Positions 15,417-27,424 of a DNA stretch of 40,779 nucleotides are shown here, one piece after another. The stretch is from positions 1 to 40,779 of the forward strand of contig JAUCBJ010004637.1 of NCBI GenBank assembly GCA_032718475.1, given 5' to 3'. The notes below the pieces were generated by a model that was given only the letters and a program-made list of their open reading frames with translations, did no database searches and had not been told where the DNA came from. How positions within the stretch are numbered: the first letter of the stretch is position 1; the number at the start of each line of letters is the position of its first letter. The translations under genes were made by a program, and so were the position numbers. The stretch is from Nemertoderma westbladi (lineage: Eukaryota > Animalia > Xenacoelomorpha).

Positions 15417-17138
15417 ACTGTAACCTACTCCTTTTCATTAATATAATAAATTTAATTATTGAATCGATGCTATCAATATTTTAATTAGGAGGCCCCTATG
15501 TGAATTAGAATGGATTTAACAAAATTTTCGTTAAAAAATAACATTTTTCTGATATTATATTTTTTAGAGCAATGGAGCCTTAAGTTCCACAGGCGTCTTT
15601 AAATAAATAATGAGTCTCTTAATACGTTATTTTAAGGCTCTACAGTATTATGCAGCTCTTTAGGTTGCGTTGCTGAGTATATAGTTGACCATGCGAGTAC
15701 ACATGAGTAGATCAGTATAAACAATATAGACAGTATAGAGTAAACATAATCGGGATCGTGGGTGGCACTACACATTATCAGTGGATGTTTTTATATTGAA
15801 TCATTAACAAGAATAAAGGGATGCCGCATATGGAAATTTTCATACATCAAAGGGACCGCATATGGAAAAGTTAGTTCTCTGTTAATGATCTGCTCACCCC
15901 CTAAACAGAAGGCTAACAGAGAACATTTTAACAGCGAACTAAAATAGGTCAATTGCTCACCAAATTTGCACTCTCTGATAAAACCCTCTGTTAGTGTTCT
16001 CTGTTTAAGTTAACAGAAGACATTAACAGAGAACCAATTACTCATCGCCCCTGGTCTAGTATATTTATTGTTACATGATAATATAGCCAGCGGTAAGGGG
16101 ATGCTATGTGCGATATATTTTTTGGACCACAGAACTTATATAGCAACGAATTTATAAAGGTAACGAGTACTGTTACTAAGTGTATGTTGTATGCAAATAA
16201 TAATCAAGTACGTCTTTTTCACGGTCTCTAGCGTAATACACATGGCATGTCACCAGAGATTTTATTAGTTAATAGAAAGTTAATGGCGCGGCTAGTGCCT
16301 AGAATTGGAACCTTTAAGATTGTCGAAAATTATAATAATTAGATAAATATATTAAATATACAATATATTTAATTTATATTATATTATATTAATTTATATT
16401 ATAATTAGAATTTTAAACCTAATTTTAGAACAAAGGTGTGAAAAAGCCGCGGAAAGATAAAACTTCGCAACCACTACTGCTTTTAAATCAGCTCACAGAT
16501 GTACTGTAACACCTCCGATAAGCAATAATCCCTGTCTGCGAATTGTTGCAATATCAGGCTACCAGACGTCGTAGTGATGAGGTTATGGGAGCATGCCGTT
16601 AATCCATAGTGCCATAATTTATTAATGTGCATTTTCATTGTTGATATCCCTAAGATATTCATATTTTTAATTTAAAATATCATTACAAATGCAAAATGAA
16701 ATGTATTTCTTTGTGAAAAGGCATACACTAACACAAGTTAATAATGTTAATGGTTTCGATTTTATCATTAGTATATTTAGTAGTTAACCGTAGTTTGTAG
16801 GAAGAACCATAAATATTTATTGATGTGGAACGACTGCGGGAATACAGATAATCTTAATTAAAATCTACGTCCTCTTCGGGAATTGGTTGACAGAAATTCT
16901 AGATTGACAGTTTGGCGAACCTGCCATTTACTTCCGTAAATACTTAACGTACTATTATACAGTAACTGGTCACCTGTTGTTGTATAAGGCATATATAATA
17001 CGAGCGCATAATAATTATCAATCAAGATCACGGCTTACTTACATGGAATACCTTAAATAAACAATACTTCTGTATGGTATTGTCAGTTATAGCCTAAACC
17101 TACCGTTACATACCTATTCATATGCCGCATAAACTCAC

Positions 17139-17394
17139 CGCATTTCGGTTCTAGAGGTGTGCCTTTCATAAAGATGATGCATTCTGGAGTTGTAGTCAGC
17201 GTTTTAAGTCTATCCTCCAACGGGAGTTGTTTCCTAGATACGTTATCGGGGCCCAGGAGCGCGTCACCCATAGTGGGTGTCCGTGATTGGGGGACGACCG
17301 CAGTAGAGAAGTCCGGTACATCGACGTGGTGTTTAACGCGTCGTACCAACTCCGATGGGTTGGCCCCGTCCAATCGCTCTACTTGTTTTCCCTC
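17139..17394 (-). CDS. GLRX3: Glutaredoxin-3, coding exon 3 (end of Trx domain, linker, start of first Grx domain)
   Basis: Acceptor TTCTAG (phase 0). Encodes EGKQVERLDGANPSELVRRV...LEDRLKTLTTTPECIIFMKGTPLEPKC plus G, then donor GTGAGT, which splits the CGFS motif (phase 1). Confidence 0.93.
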
Positions 17395-19363
17395 CTAGAA
17401 CACAAACATATAAATATAAACACAACAAACATATTAAATAAAAAACGATCAAATCAATTTTCCGAGCTTCCACGTAATTATTATAAACGAGCTTTATGTA
17501 ATAATTATTGTAATGAGCGGTGCTGCACATTACCTTAAGACAATAATTGAGAACTGGTAATTTTACCCTGATAAAAATTAGACAAGAGCATAAATTCGTT
17601 TAATGACAATATTATTACGTTTAGTTGATATCAAGGGAGGTCTCCATCGTTTAACCAGTTAGTACACTAACAATAAGAAATACGCTCTCCTTCACAGAGT
17701 TCGCGCAGTTTATTATTAACATGTTACAAGTGTAATGTAACAGCTACTTCGCGAACTGCTGATAAGAAATACAACATCTCAATTGAATGAAAAGTATGAT
17801 AAGAATTAATAAAAGCCAGCGGGGGCAGTAACAAAGCCAGAGGGGGCAGTAACAAAGCCTCGGGTTTTAAACGCACGATTCTGACACTCATCTAAATTAC
17901 AAGAAACCCATCTCCTACGGATTATAATAACCTAATGAACTATGGGAACGCCCTGACCTCAAGAGAGCTGGCATGACGCGTCACTTTGCGTGCCATTTTA
18001 AAGAATCACATCTCAAAGGTGAATAATAATATACAGTAAATTAGTATTTGTAGGACCGTTAACTATAAGGTAAGTAATGTAGGCGTAGGGTGCAACACTA
18101 ACTCCCAAGGATGAATATTACGTAAATACCCCATCTTTACTTCTTCATGTGGGCACTAGGTTCCCACATCAACGGGTGGTACACCACTTACGAAATTGTA
18201 ACTGGCTCGCTCCGTGTCGAGGCAAAATAACAAAATCTTTACTAGACATGTTTGTGATTATGACGATATAATACGAAACCTATTTGCTTTATTGCAATAT
18301 CTAAAACCTAAACCTAAAATTTATTTTATATTAGTGGATTTTCTTTGTGTTTAATATCTCCTTATAGTTATTTGTGCAATTAATTGTGCGGTCACTAATA
18401 GCCTTAATTGGTTGATGTGCCTATTATACAAACCTTAATATCAAGACCATTTTATTTCAGAATAATTGGAATGTTATTGGAATAATTTGTATCTGTAATA
18501 TGTAATTTCCGAACTGTTGCTAAATAGTATTGTCATAAAAATGGTTATTACAGGACAACTCACAACCTAAAATCATAATGACAGGATCAAGACGCGTCAA
18601 ATTTAATAACATAGCAAGTTTTATGGTGTCCGAACACTGAGTGAGTATGCACTGGTGTTTATTGCACGGGAGTTTATCCTTGGGAATGCGTACATAATGA
18701 GAAATAGCATGGGTTATAAAACGCAATTACATGAAATATTTAATATAGAAAAGTATAAATAGGGCACACCGGAACTCCTGGGTTCTAATTACATTATCGC
18801 ACATACGTTTTACGGATTGCTGCTAATTCCTGATGTGCGATTCATTTACCAAATGAATTGAGTTACAGTGGCCGACTTAATCAATTGATGGGCTGGATGC
18901 GACAGCTTTTCGAAAGCAGGTTCACCGCTAAAAAAAAAAAGCAAAACATAGCGGGTTGCATTGGCAAAGGCAATATGCTAATGATCACATTGGCTGCTGA
19001 CAGGCAGTATGTGGTAAGATCGATAGGAAAACATTGCCATTCCCCGAACTCAAATAATCCCACAACAATAATGTTTGGAATTGCGATACAATGGCGAGAT
19101 ACCCTAGGGAAAAAGTTTTCAAGAAATTGCAAAGTATAAAGGATGAATGAATGAACGGACAGAACGAAAAAAAAACATTGAAGTCAGGTGCTCACCATCT
19201 GGAGTATCATTAATAGTCTATATTTAGCGTATTTTGGAACTGCAATTCCATTTATGAGTATGAGTAATATATAATGGGGTTATTGACAGCGTGTCCGACG
19301 CTGGATACAGTTCTGAAACATCTCAATAACGAACAATAAATCTAATGTCTCGGGACAACTAAC

Positions 19364-19550
19364 TTTAAATATCAAGAATGTTGGAACAGCGATGATTTCA
19401 TAGTTGACAGAAACTTCAGGCAGATCCTCCGCTTCCACACTGTAGAAGTTGGCGTTGTCGTGAGAGTTCGCAAGTTCTTTCATAACTTCATCCATGTCAC
19501 GGCATTGTGGGGCAAAGTCGGCTCGAAAGTGAAACACTGACATACGTTTT
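19364..19550 (-). CDS. GLRX3: Glutaredoxin-3, coding exon 2 (thioredoxin-like domain)
   Basis: Acceptor TGTATTTCAG, donor GTTAGT. KRMSVFHFRADFAPQCRDMDEVMKELA...EAEDLPEVSVNYEIIAVPTFLIFK matches GLRX3 HFWAPWAPQC...[24 protein letters not shown]. Confidence 0.93.
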
Positions 19551-19782
19551 CTGAAATACAAACCCAAAACGCTACGTAAAATATACACTCACAATATGAA
19601 TGCTCGAAAAGTAACATTTAGGCTATACTAAATTGTAAATAAAAATTATAAATTAGTAAGGCTTGCTCAATAATGTGGAACTCATCATTCACATGTACAT
19701 TACAACTTACAAAACAAATTTTGCGTCAATACTGATTAGGTTTTTACTACTACATACTTACTACTCCATACTATCAACTTAC

Positions 19783-19841
19783 CCCAATTTAATCGCATCA
19801 TTAAAACTGTTCTCATCCGAAACGTTTGTGTAGACAGGCAT
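19783..19841 (-). CDS. GLRX3: Glutaredoxin-3 (PICOT), coding exon 1
   Basis: Encodes MPVYTNVSDENSFNDAIKL plus GG, then donor GTAAGT. Phase 2 joins exon 2 in frame (GG+A = Gly). An acceptor-like TTATGTTTCAG lies 28 nt upstream of the ATG. Confidence 0.8.
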
Positions 19842-20231
19842 TGCTCTATAATTAGCTACCAAAATAAACCTGAAACATAATGGGAACGGTTAATTGCTGC
19901 TTCGCTACGCCGCACGAATTACAAATATGTGAATGGATGAGGTAATTGATGAGATGAGTAAACAACCTTACATTAAATCGAGTCCTTTAGTATCGGTACA
20001 TATCGCATGAGGCCCTCTCTTCAATGATAACAACTACTGTAACCCGGTGCGGATATATTCAGCATAACCCTAATCATGGATTACTAATCATGGAAACTGA
20101 CCTTAGGATGGTTAAAAAACATGTACAATACCAAAATCCACACGCGTGGACAAAAACCGAAAAAATATGTTAAAAAAAATTACACCATGACCCGTAATAT
20201 AGACTGATTCGACTCCCAATTCGAATTTTTT

Positions 20232-21030
20232 CCCCCGCCTAACTTTTTATACAAATCTAAATCATATTGCTTGAAATTTGAATTTGAAACACAACTAGTT
20301 ACACTCACCGTCGATGTCCACATGAAGCCGGAATTTTCGATTTTGCCTTTAAAGTTTTTTTTATAAGCGTTTTAAAAAATTGTATTTTGCGAAATTGCAC
20401 ATCTCCTATCGTCCCTATTCTTTACATCGGTTTGTAGATATCATTGAAAAGCGTGCGTTGCAAGGATTCCAAATATATGTAACAATATCTGAATTTCGTT
20501 GAGAAATAGCGGAGAATTCGGCGTGCAAAGATTGCAAGAAGAATTGTTCGCTGACGACCATTTATTCTATTTAATACATACACAATGTTCTGGAACACTT
20601 ATTGTTTATGTATGAATAGCTCCGCAATATAGATATTGGATAGGAATACCGCTGTTACATAACAAAATACATAACACATTCTAGAATTTTGAGTATTATT
20701 ATTAAGTATAATAAATGGCCGTCAGCGAACGATACTTCTTGCAATCTTTGAACGCCTACATCTCAGCTATTTCTCAACGAAATTCAAATATTGTTACATA
20801 TTTTGAATCCTTGCAACGCAAGGATATCTACAAACCGAGACAAATGTAAAGAAGAGGACGATAGGAGATGTGTGATTTCGCAAAAGACACTTTTTTAAAA
20901 CGTTTATAAAATAAATTTACAGGCAAAATCGAAAATTTCGGCTTCATGTGGACATCGACGGTGAGTGGAACTAGTTGTGTTTCAAATTTGAAGCAAAATG
21001 ATAAAGATTTGTCGAAAAAGTTGGGGGGGG
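20232..21030. mobile_element. Foldback/MITE-like element with ~320-bp inverted arms
   Basis: AATTTGAAACACAACTAGTT.CACTCACCGTCGATGTCCACATGAAGCCG at ~20281 is mirrored at ~20939-20988. The inner arm ends (TTCGCTGACG / CGTCAGCGAA) bound a ~160-bp spacer. Confidence 0.85.
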
Positions 21031-21190
21031 GGGGGGGGGGGCAACCTTGTTCCTTTTACAGAGTTTCATTGAGTTTTTGCTATCCATTCCGCAAACACGA
21101 AAAGCAAAAAGTTTATTATTAGGTTTTGCTATATATTTTTCAGACATGTGTAATGGAAAAACTAGTTTGCAGTACATGAAGGTCAACATT

Positions 21191-22523
21191 TAGATTGGAT
21201 ATGACTTTTTGACTTCCGACGGAATCGTACGAATATCCGGCAGAATTTTGCCGGATATTAAACTCTACATCTTATTAAACTCTACATTTTCATATCAATA
21301 GGATAATAACATAAAAACTCCGGTCGGGTTGCCGGATATCAGGCTGGGTCAGATATCTGGATGGGTCGGATATCTGGATGGGTCGGATATCTGGATGGGT
21401 CGGATATCTGGATGGGTCGGATATCTGGATGGGTCGGATATCTGGATGGGTCGGATATCTGGATGGGTCGGATATCTGGATGGGTCGGATATCAGGCTGG
21501 GTCAGATATCTGGATGGGTCGGATATCTGGATGGGTCGGATATCTGGATGGGTCGGATATCAGGATGGGTCGGATATCAGGATGGGTCGCATATCTGGAT
21601 GGGTCGGATATCTGGATGAATCGGATATCTGGATGGGTTGGATATCTGGATGGGTCGGATATCTGGATGGGTCAGATATCTGGATGGGTCAGATAATGGA
21701 TGGGTCAGATATCTGGACGGGTCGGATATCTGGATGGGTCGGATATCTGGATGGGTGGGATATCAGGTTGGGTCGGATATCAGGATGGGTCGGATATCAG
21801 GATGGGTCGGTTATCATGATGGGTCGGATATCAGCGTGGGTCGGATATCAGGATGGGTCGGATATCTGGATGGGTCGGATACCAGGGTGGGTCGGATATC
21901 AGGATTGGACGGATATCTGGATGGGTCGGATATCAAGATGAGTCGGATATCAGGATGGGTCGGGGCGGATATCGGGATGGTTTGGGTCGGATATCAGGAT
22001 TGGTCGGATATCAGGCTGCGTCAGATATCTGGATGGGTCGGATATATAGATTATTCGGATATCAGGGTGGGTCTGATATCTGGGTGGGTCAAATATCAGG
22101 GTGCGTCGGATATCAGGATGGGTCGGATATCAGGATTGGTCGGATATCAGGCTGGGACAGATATCTGGATGGGTCGGATATCAGGATGGGTCGGATATCA
22201 GGATGGGTCGGATATCTGGGTGGGTCGAATATCAGGGTGGGTCGGATATCAGGATGGGTTGGATATTTGGATGGGTCGGATATCAGGGTGTGTCGGATAT
22301 TTGGATGGGTCGGAAATCAGAGTGGGTCGGATATCAGGGTGGGTCGGATATCAGGAAGGGTCGGACATCAGGGTGGGTCTGATATACGGCGGATATTTTC
22401 ACCAGAAGACTTATACTGTATTATTATTTTCAAGATATAAAAATGTAAGATGTAAATTTAATATCCGGAAAAAGTCTGCCGGATATCCGATGCCGCCGGA
22501 TATCAAAAAGGCTACCCGATCTA
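21191..22523. mobile_element. Non-autonomous TIR element with ~120-bp imperfect inverted ends and an internal tandem array
   Basis: Left TAGATTGG...TTTTTGAC...ATATCCGGCAGAATTTTGCCGGATATTAAA mirrors right TTTAATATCCGGAAAAAGTCTGCCGGATAT...CAAAAAGG...CGATCTA. No clear TSD. Confidence 0.7.
21333..22385. repeat. 17-bp minisatellite (GGATGGGTCGGATATCT/A), ~60 units
   Basis: Directly visible and increasingly degenerate towards the right. It is the source of the GRISGWVGYLDGSDIWM pseudo-ORFs. Confidence 0.97.
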
Positions 22524-22540
22524 CATACTCTCCTACAATT

Positions 22541-25500
22541 ACTACTACTACTAGGATCGGCAAGCTGCATTGCAGTTGCATTTTTAAGAATGCAGTGCCG
22601 GCTTGTCGACGAAATTGCGCCACCACAACTCTCTATCACCCATGACATTTGCTAGATCATCCGCATCTTCAAGACCACTGTCCTTTAAGATGCGTCTCAA
22701 GAAAGTCATGGGCTGTCCACCATGCTTATTCACTCCATGAGGCTGCCAAAGTACAATATTATGCACTGGCTGGTCCTCACGGCGAAAGCAATGTCCTGCA
22801 AAGCGGAGGCGATTTTGTTCTAGTTTCAAGGTTGGGGGAACCAATGAGACACCTCCAATGTTATATAGTGTCTGGTTGGAGATGTGTGCATTGTACTTAC
22901 TACAATGAACCCGGAGTAGCATTCTTGTAAATGTGCCATCCAGAGATTTGGTGTCCTCAGCAGTTAGAGGAGTACTGGAACTACTGCTGCTCTAAATAAT
23001 CGGACCTTAAGTTTCCGATTAATTCTCGGTGACTTCCAAATCCTGGAAAGCCTATTCAAGGCTGCCCATGCCTTTCCCTTACGTATTCGAAGGTCCTCAC
23101 CTGACTTCCGGATCCATGATCCCAGGTAACAGAAGTCGTCCACATGCTCAAGCATACCATCCTTTGAGCTTATGCTCATCCGGTCAGAGACTTGCTGAGG
23201 ACTTTCAAAGTTTACTGTCTAAATTTTGGTATTTTTGGAGTTAATAAAAAGACCAACACTAGAAGCAGCATGTTCTAATGAGCTGAGTAGGCGTTGGGCT
23301 CCCTCTAGTGATTCTGAGAGTACTCCTAAGTCATCAGCAAAGTCTAGATCAGTTAGGTACTTGGCAGGATTTCCTCGACTTCTGGAGCCAGTAGGTGGAG
23401 TTATCATCACCCCATCATCATTATGATGATCTAAGGACATGCGTAGAACATAGTCAACCACAATAATGAACAAGAATGGTGCAAGTGTGTCTCCCTGGAG
23501 GACGCCCCATAACACTTCAAATGGTTCTATGTCACCATCAACAGTAGACACAAATGTTGTCGAACCATCGTATGTCGAACCAGCTGCAATAATTTCATCA
23601 GGAATCTCATATAATGAAAGTATGCTGAACATACGTGAGCGAGAGACTGAATCCAAGGCCTTAAAGAAGTCAACAAAGATAACAGCCAGATGCCTGTCTT
23701 TCTTTTTTGATAATTCTTCAATTATCCTTCTAAGTGCCAAAATGGGCTCCATGGTCCCACGACCTTTACGGAACCCATTCTGATTTCCACGGAGCAGTCT
23801 CTCAAAGGGATCCCTGATGCGATTTAATATAATTATATTGTATAGCTTTGCAGCAATCGAGATCAATGAGATTCCCCGAAAAGAACCATAGAGTGTTAGG
23901 TTGGCCTTCTTGGGAACTGGCACCAACTTATTTGTTTTCATTTCTTGTGGGACTCTTCTTGTTCGGTACATGTCTACTATGATGGGATAGATGAGCTTTA
24001 AACACTCAGGTATTTTAAAGACCTCAGGGGGAACACCATCTACTCCACTGGCACGATTTTAATGCTCTTTGCAGCAGCCTGCACTTCTGCAAGGGAGATA
24101 TCGCCAATGGGAATATCTGAGAGTACAGTGTCAGACACTTTTACTTCTATAAAGTTATCAGGCAATACCCTGTCATTATTGAAGAGCTTCTCAAAGTGGG
24201 CCTTCCAACCATTGAGGCGATCGGCTGGTGATTCAGCCTTAACCTTGGTGGTTGGTTGGCTTTTCCGCCCAGTGAGCAAGTTGATCGATTTCCATACCTG
24301 GGATGATTGCCTGCTGTCGTCAGCATCATTGATGGCATCAACCTGTTGGTTTATTAGCAGTAGATAGTAGTAGTAGCTAGTAGTAGATTAACAGAGTACT
24401 GCCTGTTCAGGGACCTAGATGCAGCCTTAACTGCATTCTTGGCCGCTGTAGTCTGTTTGAGTCGGGACTCTTTCTGCGCCTTATAGAGGTCATTTCGGCA
24501 CTTCTGAATTTTGTTGTCAGTCCAGGGGGCCCTTTTCCTGTTTCGAAGGTATACAGGAACTGTTTCTGCAGCTGCTAACTTAACTGCGTCTGTGAATGCA
24601 GTATAGCCCTCACAGTGATCTGCCGCCTCAGAGGCAAGAACCTCATACCTGTTGCTCAGCTGTAGTGTGAAGCTGGATCTCACACTTGGCTGTTGCAACA
24701 GAGAGGACCAGTCATGCCGCGGCAAGGCAGAAATCGTTGTTCTGCTAGCACGCAGACTAAGTCTTACCTTGGCCACACTGGAGAAGGGTCGAAGTGTAAA
24801 TGCATTACAGTCTTGTATAGAGCTCCTGTATTTCCTACGAAACAGAATATGGTCTATCTGGGACTTGTGACCACTGGGTCCACTATGAGTCCATAGCTTT
24901 CCAGTTCGCTTCTTGAACTGGGTTCCAGCCGAAAACAATCCATTTCCAGAGATAAAATCCTGAAGATGGACGGAATTTCGGTTAACACTATTGCTATAGA
25001 CCCAGGGCGATGTAGGTGATTGATGCAGACTTGCATTAAAGTCTCCCAGGAATGTTAAGAATGCATGCTGATCCACTCCATCAGTAGCTGCTTGTAGATT
25101 GTGGTAGAAATTTTCCACCTCCTCTACAGGGGCAACACTAGTTGGAGTAGCACACAATCAGAACCACCTTAGGAAACTTCTTAGCCAGTCTTCCAGAACA
25201 TGAGAAGTGGCAACGGATGATGCGGCTAGAGATTTGGTCTATTTTCTCCAATGCTGCATGTGCAGTTGGATTCATCAATAGACCAATTCCACCATTGCCA
25301 CTATCATCTGCTGACGCGAGGGCGAGTCGCCAACCGCCCCCCAGGTCCTTAATCAGAACCTCATCAGTCTGTCCAGTCTGCATTCGGTGCTCTTGAATGA
25401 ACACCCACTGCGCTAAGAGAAAGCTTATCTGCCAAGGCAGTCAGCTCACCTTGTCGCATTGGGGACCCGAGTGTTAGGGTGTTTACTGAGGTTAGTCTAG

Positions 25501-26255
25501 TGACTTGCCTCAGATTCACCAATGGCTTTGTTGGTCGGGGTGGAACATGAGAGTAGCCTCCAACTCCAGAATCCCTCTCCCCCTCACAATCTGGCCTCCC
25601 TGGAGACCCAGGGTTTGGGCCAATAAGGTCATCAGGAAAGGCACTAAAAGAATTGTTGGCTGCTCTCTCTCCAGTAGGGGGTGAGACAGGCAGCCGGTCA
25701 GGAGATAACTGACGCCTGTGAGACCGATTGTGTCCGGTAATTCCACTGGCCTCTAGTGGCCAGACCTCCGCATTACTAATGTAATCCATAGTGGGGGGTT
25801 GGGGGTGCTTTTTTGCCGAGTCAGCTCTCGGGGCACATACTACACCCTGGTTTGCCATTCCACAGGGTGGGTGTCGCAGTGGAGTCAGATATGAGGCCCA
25901 TCACCCATATCTACTCTCGCGCACATGACCCACCATTGGCTGTGCAGCTCATCTGCTGGGTCATGCCCTGTACCCCTGCTGCCAGGTGCAGGTCGCAGTG
26001 GAGTGCACTCAGAGTCGACATGAGAACACTCTACTCCTGACCAGCCATTGGTAGATCACCATCTGCCTGCCCAGGCCATATACCCCGCAGCCTAGTATAT
26101 GGGTCCTTAATCCAGGACCAAGGAACGCTCTTCACGATCCTTATCCCAGAACGAAGGGGGTCCTAGTTAAAGGACCAGATTTGCCCTAGTAAGAGGGTCT
26201 AAGCAGCTACAGGTGGCACCTCCTTTATGCTGCATGGATGTGGCTTCGAGGTAGA
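22541..26255 (-). mobile_element. Near full-length RTE-clade LINE; single APE-RT ORF broken by frameshifts
   Basis: ATG at 25858. APE motifs QEHR, LGDFNA and SQIDHIL; RT motifs GVLQGDTLAPFLF and LDFADD; RTE-type C-terminus RLRFAGHCFR...DRELW. It has a (TAG)n tail at 22541-22553 and a ~400-nt 5' UTR. The 5' boundary is approximate. Confidence 0.93.
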
Positions 26256-26689
26256 ATAAAACGTCTGTCCTTATCTGATCTGACAGCATCTGATCCTATA
26301 ACCAATCAGGAGAAAGAAATATAATATTTACCTAACTGTCTGTTAGGTAAATTACCAATAGCTGAATAGGGGATCACGTTTCAGGTTGCCCTGTTACGTA
26401 TCAGTATCATCATATGAAGTAGCAGTACAGGCATACCAGTATGCATCTAAATGCACAAAGGCATGTTATTATATAATAATAATGTGATTAGGATGAAGGT
26501 TTGTTACGCTAAAGGCAGAAAGGGAAGGCTGGAAGGGGTATCTCTCTAGGCCTACTGTGTAGACCTAGTGTGTATATGGAGAAACACTTAATATGCCCCA
26601 TATTGCCAGCTGATACAGTGGTGTTTACAGTATACCCAGACGATGAAGGAATATCTGAATATGGGAAGGTGGATGGGAATGTGGGAATT

Positions 26690-26912
26690 AATAAACACTG
26701 TTGTTACCTTCCAATTGAAGGAAAAGAGCAGGTTACAGCGGCTGTAATTTCTAACCAAAACAATAAACGATGTTGTTACCTACCAATTGAGGGAAAGGAG
26801 CAGATTACAGAGACAGGGTTTTCTAACCAAAACAATAAATGATTTTGTTACCTACCAATTGAGGGAAAGGAGAATGTTACCGCGGCTGACTTTTCTAACC
26901 AAAACAATAAAC
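26690..26912. repeat. 72-bp tandem repeat x3, with dispersed monomers elsewhere in the window
   Basis: CTAACCAAAACAATAAA occurs at 26751, 26823 and 26895, each preceded by TTGTTACCT.CCAATTGA.GGAAA.GAG. Confidence 0.85.
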
Positions 26913-27424
26913 AACCAGCCCACCTTCCCACATTCCCATCCACCCACCCACCCATGTGGCAATAATAGGTTGATAAATAATTAGCATAAACATAATTAGT
27001 TAAGTACTATTATGTACTAACTAGTAAGGTATTCTGGTATTCTTCACATGGGCGAAGAATACCAGACTTTCTGCCGTTATATTATATTTTGCAGTGAAGA
27101 ACACCAGGTTTTCACCAAAAACACAGGTTACAGAAGGGCTGAATATAACCAAAACAATAAACGAATTAGTATATGTCTGTATGTACAGGTTATAAGCCAT
27201 AAATAAGCTCTCTATAATACACTTAATAAAGATAAATTAAAAAAAAATTAAAATCTTCATATATAAAATTCCAATAAAAGTCGACCGAAAAAGTAAATCC
27301 TGGTATTCTTCACATGGGCCGGCACCAAAATTTGACACCAGCCGCAGTTCGTTTCAGTTAGTCTTTTAGTTAGTATCGTTGTTTCAGAGGGGGAGGTGTT
27401 ATATTGACCCCCCCCCCCCCCCCG

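Larger units (their letters stand above)
11522..16050 (+). mobile_element. Decayed Harbinger/PIF-like DNA transposon carrying nested insertions
   Basis: 16-bp TIRs GGGCGATGAGCAATTG (11522-11537) and CAATTACTCATCGCCC (16035-16050) match 15/16. CTG flanks both ends (11519-21, 16051-53). Both arms have subterminal CTCTGTTA/TAACAGAG repeats, and a transposase-like fragment lies inside. Confidence 0.65.

Noticed and set aside
21329-22645. GRISGWVGYLDGSDIWM ORFs
   Set aside because: A 17-bp repeat, open in all three frames, inside a TIR element.
25860-26255. Canonical HDV, hammerhead or twister ribozyme at the RTE 5' end
   Set aside because: I could not assemble the nested pseudoknot or the CUGANGA/GAAA core by eye. 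Retained only as an unclassified structured region.
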